A DNA stretch of 64,000 bases, taken from Candidatus Dadabacteria bacterium (GTDB lineage Bacteria > Desulfobacterota_D > UBA1144 > Nemesobacterales > CSP1-2). Where the stretch lies: assembly GCA_963805855.1 (NCBI GenBank), contig CAWDVW010000005.1, positions 896,001 to 960,000 on the forward strand, in the 5' to 3' direction. Below, piece after piece: positions 21,042 through 33,296 of this stretch. The position numbers and the translations under genes were made by a program. Position 1 is the stretch's first letter, and each line of letters starts with the position of its first letter. Below the pieces are notes generated by a model that made no database searches, had not been told where the DNA came from, and saw nothing but the letters and a program-made list of their open reading frames with translations.

Positions 21042-21562
21042 GGGATCTAGTCGAAGCATTGATTGAAACAGCAGAGGGAGAGAACAAGACCAAAAAAGTG
21101 ACAAATGATATGGTATCGTTTTATAATATAATAGCTGCTGACGAGACGCTGAAAAAGATCTTGGGAAGTTCAGCTTATGAGACTTCGGAAAGAATCGCAA
21201 TTATAGATGATCTCGGCGAAAAGGCCGGATTCGATAAACTCGTCACGAATTTTGTAAGTCTGGCTATCGAGTTAGATAAATTCAAAACACTTTTGAAATC
21301 AAAACAGTCAATCGAGAGAAGACTTAGGAAGGCCTCCGGGACAAGCCGAGCTGAAATAACATTTGGGGAAAATCCATCAGATTCGGATTTAAAAAAAATC
21401 ACGGAAGGTTTGGAAAAGTTAACCGGCGAAGAGATCGAAATAGAGGTCAAAATCGATCCCACTATAATAGGTGGGATTATTGTGAAGGTTGAAGATAGGG
21501 TGTTTGATGGTAGCATTAAGACCCAGCTAGAGAGAATACGAGAAGTCCTAACATTACCGTGA
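21020..21562 (+). CDS. atpH: ATP synthase F1 subunit delta
   Basis: IDPTIIGGIIVKVEDRVFDGSIKTQL. Confidence 0.93.
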   Translation: MASVATLRDLVEALIETAEGENKTKKVTNDMVSFYNIIAADETLKKILGSSAYETSERIAIIDDLGEKAGFDKLVTNFVSLAIELDKFKTLLKSKQSIERRLRKASGTSRAEITFGENPSDSDLKKITEGLEKLTGEEIEIEVKIDPTIIGGIIVKVEDRVFDGSIKTQLERIREVLTLP

Positions 21563-21591
21563 GGATCGTTAGTAGTTAAGGAGCAAGAGAG

Positions 21592-23109
21592 ATGGAAGAA
21601 TTAAGGATAGAAGACATTGGGGAAATATTAAGAAGCAGGCTGAAGGGGTATGAGAAGAGAATAGAAACCTCCGAAGTGGGAACTATAATTTCCGTAGGTG
21701 ATGGCATAGCCCGAGCCTACGGGCTAGATCAAGCCATGGCCGGGGAACTAGTGGAATTCCAAAGTGGGATGATGGGTCTTGTATTAAACCTCGAAGAAGA
21801 CAATGTCGGTATAGCGATTTTTGGAGAGGATACCGAAGTTAGTGAAGGCCAAATTGTAAGGCGTACTGGTAGGGTTGCCGACGTTCCGGTAGGTGAAGAT
21901 ATGAAGGGCAGAGTTGTAAATGCCCTCGGTCAGCCAATAGATGGAAAAGGAGAGATCCAATCTGAAGAGAATAGACACGTAGAACTAAAAGCCCCGGGTG
22001 TTGTCTATCGCCAGTCTGTCCGAGAGCCATTGCAAACGGGTCTCAAAGCAATTGATTCAATGATCCCAATAGGAAGAGGCCAGAGGGAATTAATACTCGG
22101 AGACCGACAAACCGGGAAAACAGCCATTGCTGTAGATACCATAATTAACCAAAAGGGCGAGGATGTTTATTGCATTTATGTCGCGATTGGACAGAAACAG
22201 TCAACCGTTGCCCAGGTTGTGGACAAATTAAAGGAGCATGGCGCTATGGCGTATACAACCGTAGTTGCGGCGACAGCAAGCGACCCAGCACCATTTCAGT
22301 TCATCGCACCGTATACAGGCTGCGCCCTTGGCGAGCACTTCCGCGACAATGGAAAGCATGCGCTGGTAATATACGACGATCTGACTAAACATGCATGGGC
22401 TTACAGACAGATCTCGCTTCTTCTGAGACGACCACCTGGCAGAGAGGCTTACCCGGGTGATGTTTTTTATCTTCATTCAAGGCTGCTTGAACGGGCCGCA
22501 AAAATGAGAGATGAGAATGGAGGCGGCTCTCTCACCGCCCTTCCAGTAATCGAGACTCAGGCCGGAGATGTTTCCGCCTACATTCCAACAAATGTAATAT
22601 CAATTACCGACGGGCAGATTTACCTTGAGAGTGATCTATTCTATTCAGGTGTCAGACCGGCTATCAATGTGGGGCTCTCGGTCTCGCGTGTAGGGGGTTC
22701 GGCTCAAATTCGTGCCATGAAACGAGTTGCTGGAACCCTAAGATTAGAGCTCGCCCAATTCAGGGAGGTCGAAGCATTCTCTCAGTTCGCTTCCGATCTC
22801 GACAAAATTACACAAGCTCAACTTGCGCGCGGTAGCAGGCTTGTAGAGGCTTTAAAGCAAGGTCAGTATGATCCTTTGCCGGTTGAAAAACAGATACTTA
22901 TTATTTATGCGGTAACTAATGGTTTTGTTGACGATTACCCTGTGGAAAAGGTTAAGGATTATGAAAAAGAGCTGTACATATTCATGGAAACAAAACACAA
23001 GGACATCCTGGAAGCGATAAAGAAAACGAAGGAAATTAACGATGATCTCGCGGATAAGATCAAAAAGGCACTGCAGCAATTAAGAGATCAACTAGGAGAA
23101 TTTAAATAG
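21592..23109 (+). CDS. atpA: ATP synthase F1 subunit alpha
   Basis: [33 protein letters not shown]. Confidence 0.99.
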   Translation: MEELRIEDIGEILRSRLKGYEKRIETSEVGTIISVGDGIARAYGLDQAMAGELVEFQSGMMGLVLNLEEDNVGIAIFGEDTEVSEGQIVRRTGRVADVPVGEDMKGRVVNALGQPIDGKGEIQSEENRHVELKAPGVVYRQSVREPLQTGLKAIDSMIPIGRGQRELILGDRQTGKTAIAVDTIINQKGEDVYCIYVAIGQKQSTVAQVVDKLKEHGAMAYTTVVAATASDPAPFQFIAPYTGCALGEHFRDNGKHALVIYDDLTKHAWAYRQISLLLRRPPGREAYPGDVFYLHSRLLERAAKMRDENGGGSLTALPVIETQAGDVSAYIPTNVISITDGQIYLESDLFYSGVRPAINVGLSVSRVGGSAQIRAMKRVAGTLRLELAQFREVEAFSQFASDLDKITQAQLARGSRLVEALKQGQYDPLPVEKQILIIYAVTNGFVDDYPVEKVKDYEKELYIFMETKHKDILEAIKKTKEINDDLADKIKKALQQLRDQLGEFK

Positions 23110-23156
23110 TGTTCTGGGAAGATTTTTCATTCGTTCTCGAAAAAGGATAAATTTCA

Positions 23157-25464
<2,308 letters not shown>

Positions 25465-25609
25465 TTCAAAGGTTATGATTCACAGACACAGTTACTGGGG
25501 ATCCAGATTTTAAAGAAGTAATTGTACCCGACTAATGAATTCGGTAATTGCTATTATGCACACATGTCTATGTTTACTGACTGGATGAGTTTGAAGGGAG
25601 ATATTTAAA

Positions 25610-26014
25610 TTGGCAGACACACTAAATCTCAGGGTGATCACCCCTTCAAAGCTGGTAATAGATGAAGAGGTGGATGAGGTTGTTGCCCCTGGTGATTCAG
25701 GGGAGTTCGGAGTACTCCCAGGACACTGTCCTTTTATAACCACACTGATGCCAGGGGAGCTTACCTACAAAATTAATGGAGCGGGAAAATCTATGATCAT
25801 TGACAGTGGAATAGCAGAGGTATCAGACGATAGGGTCAATGTGTTAACAGATAATGTCTTAAAATCCGAAGAAATCGATCCCGAGGCGGCAAGAAGAGAA
25901 GCCGAATCCATTTTAGAGGAACTCAAAGACTTTGGTGGTGGCAATAAGGAATTCAAGGAGATAGAAAGAAGGCTGAAATTAGCAGAGGTGAAGGCAAACG
26001 TCAAGAGAGCCTAA
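25610..26014 (+). CDS. atpC: ATP synthase F1 subunit epsilon
   Basis: LRVITP, GEFGVLPGH. Confidence 0.95.
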   Translation: MADTLNLRVITPSKLVIDEEVDEVVAPGDSGEFGVLPGHCPFITTLMPGELTYKINGAGKSMIIDSGIAEVSDDRVNVLTDNVLKSEEIDPEAARREAESILEELKDFGGGNKEFKEIERRLKLAEVKANVKRA

Positions 26015-26124
26015 GAATCAACCCCCCTAACGCCCGAGGATATACGCCCTCTTTTAAGAAATGGGAGTTTTGAAAAAATAGTCTATCTGTTGAAATGCCG
26101 CTTCTAGCTATTTCTGATGCTGGG

Positions 26125-26913
26125 CTATCCCAAGGATCCCTTGTCGACCCACACACGGGTAACCTTAATCTGCCGTATTAGTGGTTTAATCATGGATACA
26201 AGGAAAAGTGTAAATTCTTTCTCAGCCCTTATTAAGTTGGCTCTTGGAGGAAAGTGCTCTTTCCTTAGGACTCGGGTTATCTCTCGCAATTTCTTCTCAG
26301 AATAATAGCCATTTTCTCTAAGAACTGATTGTATTTGTTTCTTTGTAGCCTTCTGAGCATCACAGTGTGTGGGAAAAGCCTCTAAGAACTGCAGAGACAC
26401 AATACAAGATATATCATTGAATAGATTGAGGGCCTGTGGAAAATATTGTCGCAGAGAATCTCTGAGCTGATTCGATAGTTTCGTCTTAAGTTCAACGAGT
26501 GATTCTCTATCCCTTAGAACGATTCCGAGCTCTTGGGTGAGTTGATCGTCTGCAGTGACTGCATTCAAAGTACTTATGTCTGTGCGCAAGACATTTGCTA
26601 TAACAAATGCGTCGAAACTATCGCTTTTTACACCTGAAGTCTTATACCTCTTTCTGAACTTATCCATAGAGTTGGAATTTATTAGATAGACCTTGTAGTC
26701 GTAGCTGATTAAAAAGTCTATAACCCTTTGATTAGAGGTCTCAATGGCGAAGATGATCTCGTGCTCTTTACACAGGTGACGAATAGTGGAAAGGGCATAC
26801 ATGAAGCCATCGAGATCATTGTTGATTACAAAATCTTTAATCGGATTACCTTTGTCATCTATGATGAACAAAGTTAATTGCTCCCAAGACCAGTCAATAC
26901 CACAGTAAAGCAT
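26125..26913 (-). pseudogene. IS110-family DEDD recombinase/transposase, C-terminally truncated
   Basis: YCGIDWS, AIET, KSDSFDAFVIA give the DEDD residues; AAGGAGG RBS; ends at 262 aa with no Ser-containing C-terminal Tnp domain. Confidence 0.88.
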
Positions 26914-26950
26914 ATCTATGCCTCCTTATTAATTAGATTTTAAATGACCT

Positions 26951-27090
26951 CGATGCTCTGTTATTCTTATATGGGTTCTCCAGGAACGTAACACTATGGA
27001 ACTTAGAGCATGATTAGCTTGGAGAGGGACATAACTACCCAAAGTGGTCAGGCCACAAGCCCACCAGGGTCCTCTCTCCAAGTTGGTCTT
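26951..27090 (-). ncRNA. Predicted IS110 bridge RNA with target-binding and donor-binding loops
   Basis: Two stem/internal-loop/hairpin units (stems 27082-27069 with 27030-27018, and 27011-27005 with 26959-26953); loop segments match the element's left junction; ends approximate. Confidence 0.75.
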
Positions 27091-27095
27091 TGGGA

Positions 27096-27104
27096 AGCAT
27101 AACA
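27096..27104 (-). promoter_or_regulatory. Extended -10 element (TGnTATGCT) just inside the IS110 left end
   Basis: Minus strand TG-T-TATGCT immediately upstream of the predicted bridge RNA. Confidence 0.5.
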
Positions 27105-27110
27105 TATAAG

Positions 27111-27131
27111 CCCACCAGTCTTGCTGGTGGG
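27111..27131 (+). repeat. REP-like hairpin CCCACCAG-N5-CTGGTGGG, the IS110 target
   Basis: Perfect 8-bp inverted repeat abutting the IS left junction. Confidence 0.75.
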
Positions 27132-27161
27132 TATAAAGGGTATTGAGTACTATCACATAGA

Positions 27162-27215
27162 TGTAGTGGAGAACTCCAGTCCTCCAAAAACGACGACCAA
27201 AAGGTCGCCGATGCA
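27162..27215. repeat. 54-bp GTAG-type REP doublet (REPIN-like), degenerate copy
   Basis: TGTAG + hairpin + spacer + hairpin + ATGCA; aligns with the reverse complement of 41899-41952. Confidence 0.75.
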
Positions 27216-27230
27216 TTTGGACTAGATTTA

Positions 27231-27255
27231 ATCGGGACTGGAAAGTCCCGACTAT
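27231..27255 (-). repeat. REP-like hairpin (ATAG-TCGGGACT...AGTCCCGA)
   Basis: Perfect TCGGGACT/AGTCCCGA stem; related copies at 40611-40634 and 41966-41988. Confidence 0.65.
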
Positions 27256-27507
27256 CCATGATAAATAATATTGTCATCAATTACGATAGGCGGGGTTTTC
27301 CAACCCGGTATCGACAAAACATTTGGAATTGGAAACCTGAATGTTTACACAGCAATTACGGTAAACCATCAGTCCCTGTCCTGGGCCGTTGCACAGGGCT
27401 TACGACAGGCTTAGGCGAAGGGTTGCTGGTGGGATGATCTATGGTCACGAGCAAGCCTGTCCTTGTATATTAATAAGTGGATCGTGACGACCTAACCAGT
27501 CAAAAAT

Positions 27508-28858
27508 TCACATGAGGTTATAATAGTCGAGCCCAAGGTGGGTAATTAACTCCTCGCCCTTGAGATAGCGGAGGGTATTTTTTAACTTCATGAGCTGTAT
27601 AAACAGGTCATGCTCGGGATAGAGGTTTTCCCCGACCATAGGACTCTTGAAATAAAAAGAGAGCCATTCCTGAATGCCGTATAAATACGCTCTTTGAGCA
27701 AGATCCATAAAGAGCACTAAATCAAGGACTATAGGGGCAGCGAGGATACTGTCACGACAAAGAAAATTGACCTTAATCTGCATTGGATACCCAAGCCATC
27801 CAAATATATCTATATTATCCCAAGCCTCTTTCTCGTCGCCTCTCGGCGGATAGTAATTGATTCTTACCTTATGGTAGTAGTCTGAATACAGATCAGGGTA
27901 TAATTCCGGTTGAAGAATGTACTCTAGTACACCCAGTTTGCTGACCTCTTTAGTCTTAAATGAGTAGGGATCATCGAGAACCTCACCGTCTCTATTTCCG
28001 AGTATATTGGTTGAAAACCAACCGTTAACGCCTATCATTCTACTCTTGAGCCCTGGTGCCAAGATCGTCTTCATTAGAGTTTGGCCTGTTTTGAAGTCCT
28101 TGCCAGCTATAGGAACCTTCTTTACTTTTGCAAGCTCAATCAGCGCCGGTATGTCCGCCGAAAGGTTTGGAGCCCCATTTGCATATGGCACGCCACTTTT
28201 TATTGCCGCGTATGCATAAATCATGCTAGGGGCTATATGCGGATGATTATCCTTTAACCCCATTTCAAAACTCCTGATAGATTGATGAACCGCAGAAGAC
28301 TCAATATATGTTTCGGTGCTACCACACCATACCATTACCATCCGATCGAGCTTATTCAGCTTACTAAAATTTGATATATCTTCTATGATTTGTTCGGCAA
28401 GATCCATTTTGGTCTTCCCCTTCTTTAAGTTCTTGCCGTTGAGTCTCTTAACAAACTTCTTATCGAACACTGCCGGCATAGGCTCAATATCCTCTAGAAC
28501 TGCTCGCAAGTCATCTAGAAGGCCCGACCTCAAGCACGCCCGCTTTAATTGCTGCTTCGTATATGTTGTCGTTGAATATGTCCCATCCACCGAATGCTAT
28601 ATTAGATATATCTGCTAAAGGGATGAATTCTTTGATGAGAGGAACCTTCCTTTCAGTCCTCTTACCGAGTCTTATCGTTCCTAATTGAGTGAGTGAACCT
28701 ATTGGCTTTCCAATTCCCCTTTTTATTGCTTCAATCCCGGCAATAAAGGTAGTACTTACAGCACCACCCATACCGGGGAGCAAAACCCCGAGTCTCCCAT
28801 TGGGAGAGCCAATGACCTTTTTCTTCTTAAGTCTGGTATTCCGGCTTTTGGTTGGCAA
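27508..28858 (-). CDS. ino1: myo-inositol-1-phosphate synthase, split by a one-base frameshift near 28520-28530
   Basis: N-terminal ORF has GVLLPGMGGAVSTT and FGGWDI; C-terminal ORF has VWCGSTE, NGAPN, GKDFKTGQT, STNILGNRDG, DEKEAWDNIDI, CRDSILAAP; removing one G gives AGVLE(S/V)GLLDDL. Confidence 0.88.
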
Positions 28859-28866
28859 TGGAGGAA

Positions 28867-29259
28867 CTACCTCTTAGAGAACTGCTGACCTCTCCGTGCC
28901 TTTCGCTTACCATATTTTTTTCTTTCGACCATTCTGGGATCTCTTCGCAGAAGACCTGCAGACTTCAGTGGCTTTTTCAAAGAGTCACCGACCTGGATTA
29001 GAGCCCTGGCAATACCATGTCTCACGGCACCAGCCTGACCGGTGAGTCCGCCACCCTTCACATCCACCAGAACATCATATTTGTCGAGTGTTTGCGTTAA
29101 TTGCAGGGGTTCCAAAACGTTACTTCTCCAGGCATCTCTCGGAAAGTATTCATCAAATGGCTTGTCGTTAACCAAAATTTTCCCCTCTCCGGAACGTAGC
29201 CATACCCTGGCCACCGATGTTTTTCTTCTCCCAGTTCCATGATAGTTAATTTCAGCCAT
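28867..29259 (-). CDS. rpsI: 30S ribosomal protein S9
   Basis: [27 protein letters not shown]. Confidence 0.98.
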   Translation of the reverse strand: MAEINYHGTGRRKTSVARVWLRSGEGKILVNDKPFDEYFPRDAWRSNVLEPLQLTQTLDKYDVLVDVKGGGLTGQAGAVRHGIARALIQVGDSLKKPLKSAGLLRRDPRMVERKKYGKRKARRGQQFSKR

Positions 29260-29266
29260 CTGTTAT

Positions 29267-29695
29267 TTATACCTCCAACACTTCAGGCTCCTGAGCTTTA
29301 TGTGGATGAGCGTTTCCCGTATAGATTTTCAACCTCTTTATTAACCTGTCCTGCCACTTATTTTTCGGAAGCATACCCCATACAGCCTTTCTGATTATTT
29401 CCTCGGGCTTCATTTTTAGTAAATTTTCTGCTGTGATTGATTTAAGACCACCTGGATAACCACTGTGCCTGTAATACGTTTTTTGATTCCATTTTTTTCC
29501 GGTAAAATTCACCTTTTCCGCATTTACCACAATTACGAAATCTCCACTATCAGCGTGGGGTGTGAACTGTGGTTTGTCCTTACCCATCAGGGTCATAGCC
29601 ACCTTTGTTGCGAGCCTGCCGACAGTTTTTCCATCAGCATCAACAATATGCCATTTCTTTTTAATATCCACATCCCTTGCCATATATGTTTTCAT
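29267..29695 (-). CDS. rplM: 50S ribosomal protein L13
   Basis: WHIVDADGKTVGRLA, YRHSGYPGGLK; start set at MKTY, downstream of the promoter. Confidence 0.97.
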   Translation of the reverse strand: MKTYMARDVDIKKKWHIVDADGKTVGRLATKVAMTLMGKDKPQFTPHADSGDFVIVVNAEKVNFTGKKWNQKTYYRHSGYPGGLKSITAENLLKMKPEEIIRKAVWGMLPKNKWQDRLIKRLKIYTGNAHPHKAQEPEVLEV

Positions 29696-29729
29696 TCGCA
29701 ACAATCCCCGGAAAAAATGCAAAGGTGAA

Positions 29730-29757
29730 ATTCTACCAAACACCCCTTGATTGTCAA
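29730..29757 (-). promoter_or_regulatory. Sigma70 promoter for rplM-rpsI
   Basis: TTGACA-16 nt-TAGAAT with TG extension. Confidence 0.7.
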
Positions 29758-29773
29758 GACAAAATCCATATAG

Positions 29774-30355
29774 CTAATTTGAAAACTTAGCTATAATAGA
29801 CCTGTAGGTTACAACGCTCTGGACACCGTGAACCCTAAAGTCATTGAAGACAACTGTGGGTACCCCCAGCACGTCAATCTTTTGAGCATCCCTTCTATAG
29901 GACCCAAGAATTTTTGCCATTTCTCCATTTTTCAGATTAATCTCCAATTCATCCCTGTCAATTCCAACCTTAGTGCCTATTTCGAGTACGGTATCTTTGT
30001 CTCCTATATTTTTTCTTTCAAGGAAATAAGACTCATAACACAGGTTGTGAAACTCGATAAACTTACCCTTTGTTTTTGAAAACTCTGCCGCCTCAAGACA
30101 AAGCCTGGAGTTAGTTATAAACCCAGGAAGTTTAAATTTTATCGCTTCCTCCTCCATCACGCTTTGTAAAGACTCTGCCGTCCTTATGGCCCTTAATGTC
30201 TGTCGTCGTTTTCTCCCCTGAGGAGAGTACTCCGGGTGGATTTCATAACCCTTCCATTCTACTTCTATGCCGTATTCCGCTCCAATTTGTTGCATCCGCT
30301 TCGAGCCAACAAACGAGAAGGGGCAGATATAATCGTAGAAAACCGTTATCTTCAT
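29774..30355 (-). CDS. DsbA/FrnE-family thioredoxin-fold protein
   Basis: VFYDYICPFSFVG (CxxS), GVPT cis-Pro, GVQS. Confidence 0.85.
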   Translation of the reverse strand: MKITVFYDYICPFSFVGSKRMQQIGAEYGIEVEWKGYEIHPEYSPQGRKRRQTLRAIRTAESLQSVMEEEAIKFKLPGFITNSRLCLEAAEFSKTKGKFIEFHNLCYESYFLERKNIGDKDTVLEIGTKVGIDRDELEINLKNGEMAKILGSYRRDAQKIDVLGVPTVVFNDFRVHGVQSVVTYRSIIAKFSN

Positions 30356-30599
30356 CGATTTATTTCACAATAGAAATCTTCTTAGCTGAAAATATAAAAA
30401 GTAAACCCGATAAAATCAACTATAGAAACAACGAAACTCCCTTCAGCAAGCTGCAGGGCATCATAATAGAAACTGAGAATCTCAGCTGCCATTGCTGTAG
30501 ATGTTAGATAATTCGGGGGCAGTATCTGAGATTTTAAATGGGCATTCAAAAAATTGCCAAAATCAATTCCGGAAGCGTTAAAAAAAGTGACAATCATTC

Positions 30600-31050
30600 C
30601 TGTCATCTCGAAGGAATACTTCGACGTAGCTCAGTACAGCCTCCGTGACTGAGAGAACTAATTATAGTACTAGACATCTCGTATTCGCTCGATACGAAAG
30701 CGTTTATTGTCAGCCCTTGATTTTTGTTTCTTTGTATCAAGACAAAGAAAATAAAAAATTAAACAATGGATCCCCGATTAAGCTTGTCCCCGCATGATTA
30801 TGACGGGGGAACATTCGAGGATGACGGATGAGTAAATTTCCAGAAAATCTATTATTTTTTGGATTTTGTCCACGAAATCCAAAACATCTACAATTGCGAG
30901 AGACTTAAAAAGTCTCGAAGCAATCTCCTTCGGCATTGGCAGAGCGTTTGATTATCCATTCCATTATAGGATTAACCCAGCAGATTGCCTCGCTAACGCT
31001 CGCAATGACGGGTAACGGGAAACCCAGTAGCAAGCTACAGGGAATTCACT
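30600..31050. repeat. Cluster of nested palindromic miniature repeats
   Basis: Several inverted repeats, e.g. ATTGCGAG...GCAATCT (30893-30926) facing AGATTGC...CTCGCAATGAC (30982-31009); TGGATCCCCGA...GATGAC with an inner TCCCCG/CGGGGGA hairpin; TTTTGGATTT/AAATCCAAAA. Confidence 0.7.
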
Positions 31051-31143
31051 GATTAAAGTAGACTTCGTCTTTTTTCTATTTAATTGGTTTAGTTATGCGG
31101 TCGGTTAATATAATATTAGGAAGATCAAAGAGGATAAGATTCA

Positions 31144-31503
31144 ATGATAGAATTAATTCCTACCAATGCAGACAATCTCATCGGTTGCAGGATAGATGGC
31201 AAGATAAACACCGAAGATATAGAAAGGATTGCAAACTATATCGAAGATAAGTTTGTAAAAAATAAAAAACTAAGAATCTATGTCGAAGTAATAAAGCTGG
31301 AGGGAATTTCTCTAGAAGCCTTATTTAAAGACCTTAAATTGGGAATCAAACACTTTAGCGATTTTGACAAAAAGGCCGTCGTTACAGACAAGGAATGGAT
31401 GAAAAAGGTTGCCGCTCTTGCGGATAGAATATTTCCGAACATTGAGGTAAGGTGCTTTTCTTTTGAAGATCAGGAAAAGGCGTTAGAATGGGCGAAGTCT
31501 TAA
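31144..31503 (+). CDS. STAS/SEC14 (SpoIIAA-like) domain protein
   Basis: GKINTED, ALFKDLKLG..H...FDKKAVVTDKEW, ALEW. Confidence 0.85.
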   Translation: MIELIPTNADNLIGCRIDGKINTEDIERIANYIEDKFVKNKKLRIYVEVIKLEGISLEALFKDLKLGIKHFSDFDKKAVVTDKEWMKKVAALADRIFPNIEVRCFSFEDQEKALEWAKS

Positions 31504-31514
31504 AATAAAGGCTA

Positions 31515-32504
31515 TTAAAACTCTACAAGCTCTACTCTTCTATTCTTTGCTCTACCCTCTTCCGTCCGGTTTGAAGCAACGGGAGCAAGAAATCCAAGCC
31601 CTTCGGGTGTAAGCCTCGAGGGTTCAATTCCATGATCATTTATTAACCTGCTTACAACCGATTTTGCTCGCTTCTTAGACAGATTTATGTTGTATTCCAA
31701 ACTGCCCTCATTGTCAGTATGCCCAACGATAAATACCTTGAGATCCGGCTCCTTTTTTAAAAATTTTGCAATTTCTGCGATTGTGGGTTCAGACTCGGGT
31801 TTTATGTCAGCTTTATCAAAGTCAAAATAGATACCATAGATTGACACACTGCCAGACGACATAATCTCTTTCGCCATTTCCTCTGCATCAATCTTAACCA
31901 TCTGTTCCTGCATAGGCACTAGCTCGATGACGTCTACCTGAGTATAAATGTAATTTTTAGTTCGGCCTCCACCAGTCGTGTTCTTGATTACATAAACAGA
32001 CGTGTATACATCACGTTCTTCTCTCGAGAGCTTTGCAGCGATATACCTTTGATCGTAGTAATTATCCCCAAACATCGTATCGTATGGAACAACCGTATGA
32101 TTAAAGGCTCTTCCACCGCAATCCTTGTTACTGCATGCGAACAAGATTTCAAATCCGGCACTCTTAAGTTCGTTCTCATAATTTCTAAGAACCTCTAAAC
32201 TTGACCGGTCCTCAGGGATCTCGTATGAAATCTTCGTGACTTTACCCTCCAGTTTCTCACTCTTTGTGACTCTTACATTGTTCGGCTCACCCGGGGCATT
32301 CACAACTTCCCCTAAAATCAGGACGTACTCATCAAACTCGCGTTGATCATATTTCTTGATCTCAGAGCCCTCATACCTCTTTAACATAGGATGATCTGAA
32401 CTTCCTTTTATATCTCCGGCCAACAATTCACGGTTTCCAAATAATGTCAATGCTAGAATGAATATAGAAACAAAAATTACATGGGCTGAAACTCTCAATT
32501 TCAT
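31515..32504 (-). CDS. OmpA-family peptidoglycan-binding protein with DUF4892-like N-terminal domain
   Basis: Signal peptide; GS.DHPML.RYEGS; IYFDFDKA...VGHTD...LSKKRA...NRRVEL. Confidence 0.88.
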   Translation of the reverse strand: MKLRVSAHVIFVSIFILALTLFGNRELLAGDIKGSSDHPMLKRYEGSEIKKYDQREFDEYVLILGEVVNAPGEPNNVRVTKSEKLEGKVTKISYEIPEDRSSLEVLRNYENELKSAGFEILFACSNKDCGGRAFNHTVVPYDTMFGDNYYDQRYIAAKLSREERDVYTSVYVIKNTTGGGRTKNYIYTQVDVIELVPMQEQMVKIDAEEMAKEIMSSGSVSIYGIYFDFDKADIKPESEPTIAEIAKFLKKEPDLKVFIVGHTDNEGSLEYNINLSKKRAKSVVSRLINDHGIEPSRLTPEGLGFLAPVASNRTEEGRAKNRRVELVEF

Positions 32505-32774
32505 AAAACCTCCTAGTATTGTGATTGAGAAATATGATAAAAGAAAATCATATATTCCTTAAATAGACAAATAGTTAATTAGAGTTAGCATCAGCAGATT
32601 ACTATTGAATTGCGATTCGAGCGAATAAATATTAACGTTGAAACTAATTGAAAATTATGCGAGTATGGAAGCGTGATGTATTTTCTATGTTTCAGTAATT
32701 TAAAGAGTGTTTTTAATTGAAAAATATTATAACATGAATTTTTTATTATATAGATTCAGCAAAAAGGAGGAGCA

Positions 32775-33296
32775 ATGGAAACTTTAATTACAAGTGTTAT
32801 AAGCAATTATTTTCTCACTTTTTTAATCATAGGCTTTATTGCGGCATTATTGTCGCTGATAAATAGACCAAGACCGCTTAATACCGATGAGGTTGTCGAG
32901 GCATTTTTCTCTTACTATATGCTCATCACAGTCGGCATAAACAATCTTTATAACTTCGTTATGCATGTCTTCTTTGGCGAGATGGCGGCAAGCTTTATCG
33001 GGTGGCAGCAAAGCCCATTCCAGGCGGAGGTTGGCTTTGCCAGCCTCGGGATTGGAATTGTGGGCGTGATGGCTTTTCGTAGAAGTTTTCCATTTCGAAT
33101 GGCCACGTTGATTCCACCGGCCGTGTTCTCCTTGGGAGCTGCAGGTGGTCACATTTATCAAATGAGAGTTGCCCATAATTTCTCGCCCGGAAACGTGGGA
33201 CTGGTCCTGCCCTCAGATATTATTATTCCTGTTATCGGTTTTATATTATTATGGCTTTCATACCGCTATCCCGTAAGTCGGGAGGCTGTCGTGTAA
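32775..33296 (+). CDS. Conserved membrane protein (DUF6790-like)
   Basis: Four to five TM segments; IGW..SPFQ.EVGFA; GAAGGHI...NF.PGN.G; AAGGAGG RBS. Confidence 0.75.
   Translation: METLITSVISNYFLTFLIIGFIAALLSLINRPRPLNTDEVVEAFFSYYMLITVGINNLYNFVMHVFFGEMAASFIGWQQSPFQAEVGFASLGIGIVGVMAFRRSFPFRMATLIPPAVFSLGAAGGHIYQMRVAHNFSPGNVGLVLPSDIIIPVIGFILLWLSYRYPVSREAVV

Larger units (their letters stand above)
26125..27110 (-). mobile_element. IS110-family element, left end intact, right part deleted
   Basis: DEDD transposase plus a structured upstream non-coding end of about 200 nt; left junction at CT core 27110-27109 inferred from guide matches. Confidence 0.85.

Noticed and set aside
26929-27280. Two short minus-strand ORFs upstream of the transposase
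   Set aside because: They run through the bridge-RNA and REP hairpins and have no recognisable protein features
27100-27320. Clustered hairpins as a possible CRISPR array
   Set aside because: No identical direct repeats with regular spacers and no cas genes; better explained as REPs
30382-30606. 74-aa minus-strand ORF upstream of the DsbA/FrnE gene
   Set aside because: No motif or clear RBS, and it begins inside the repeat cluster
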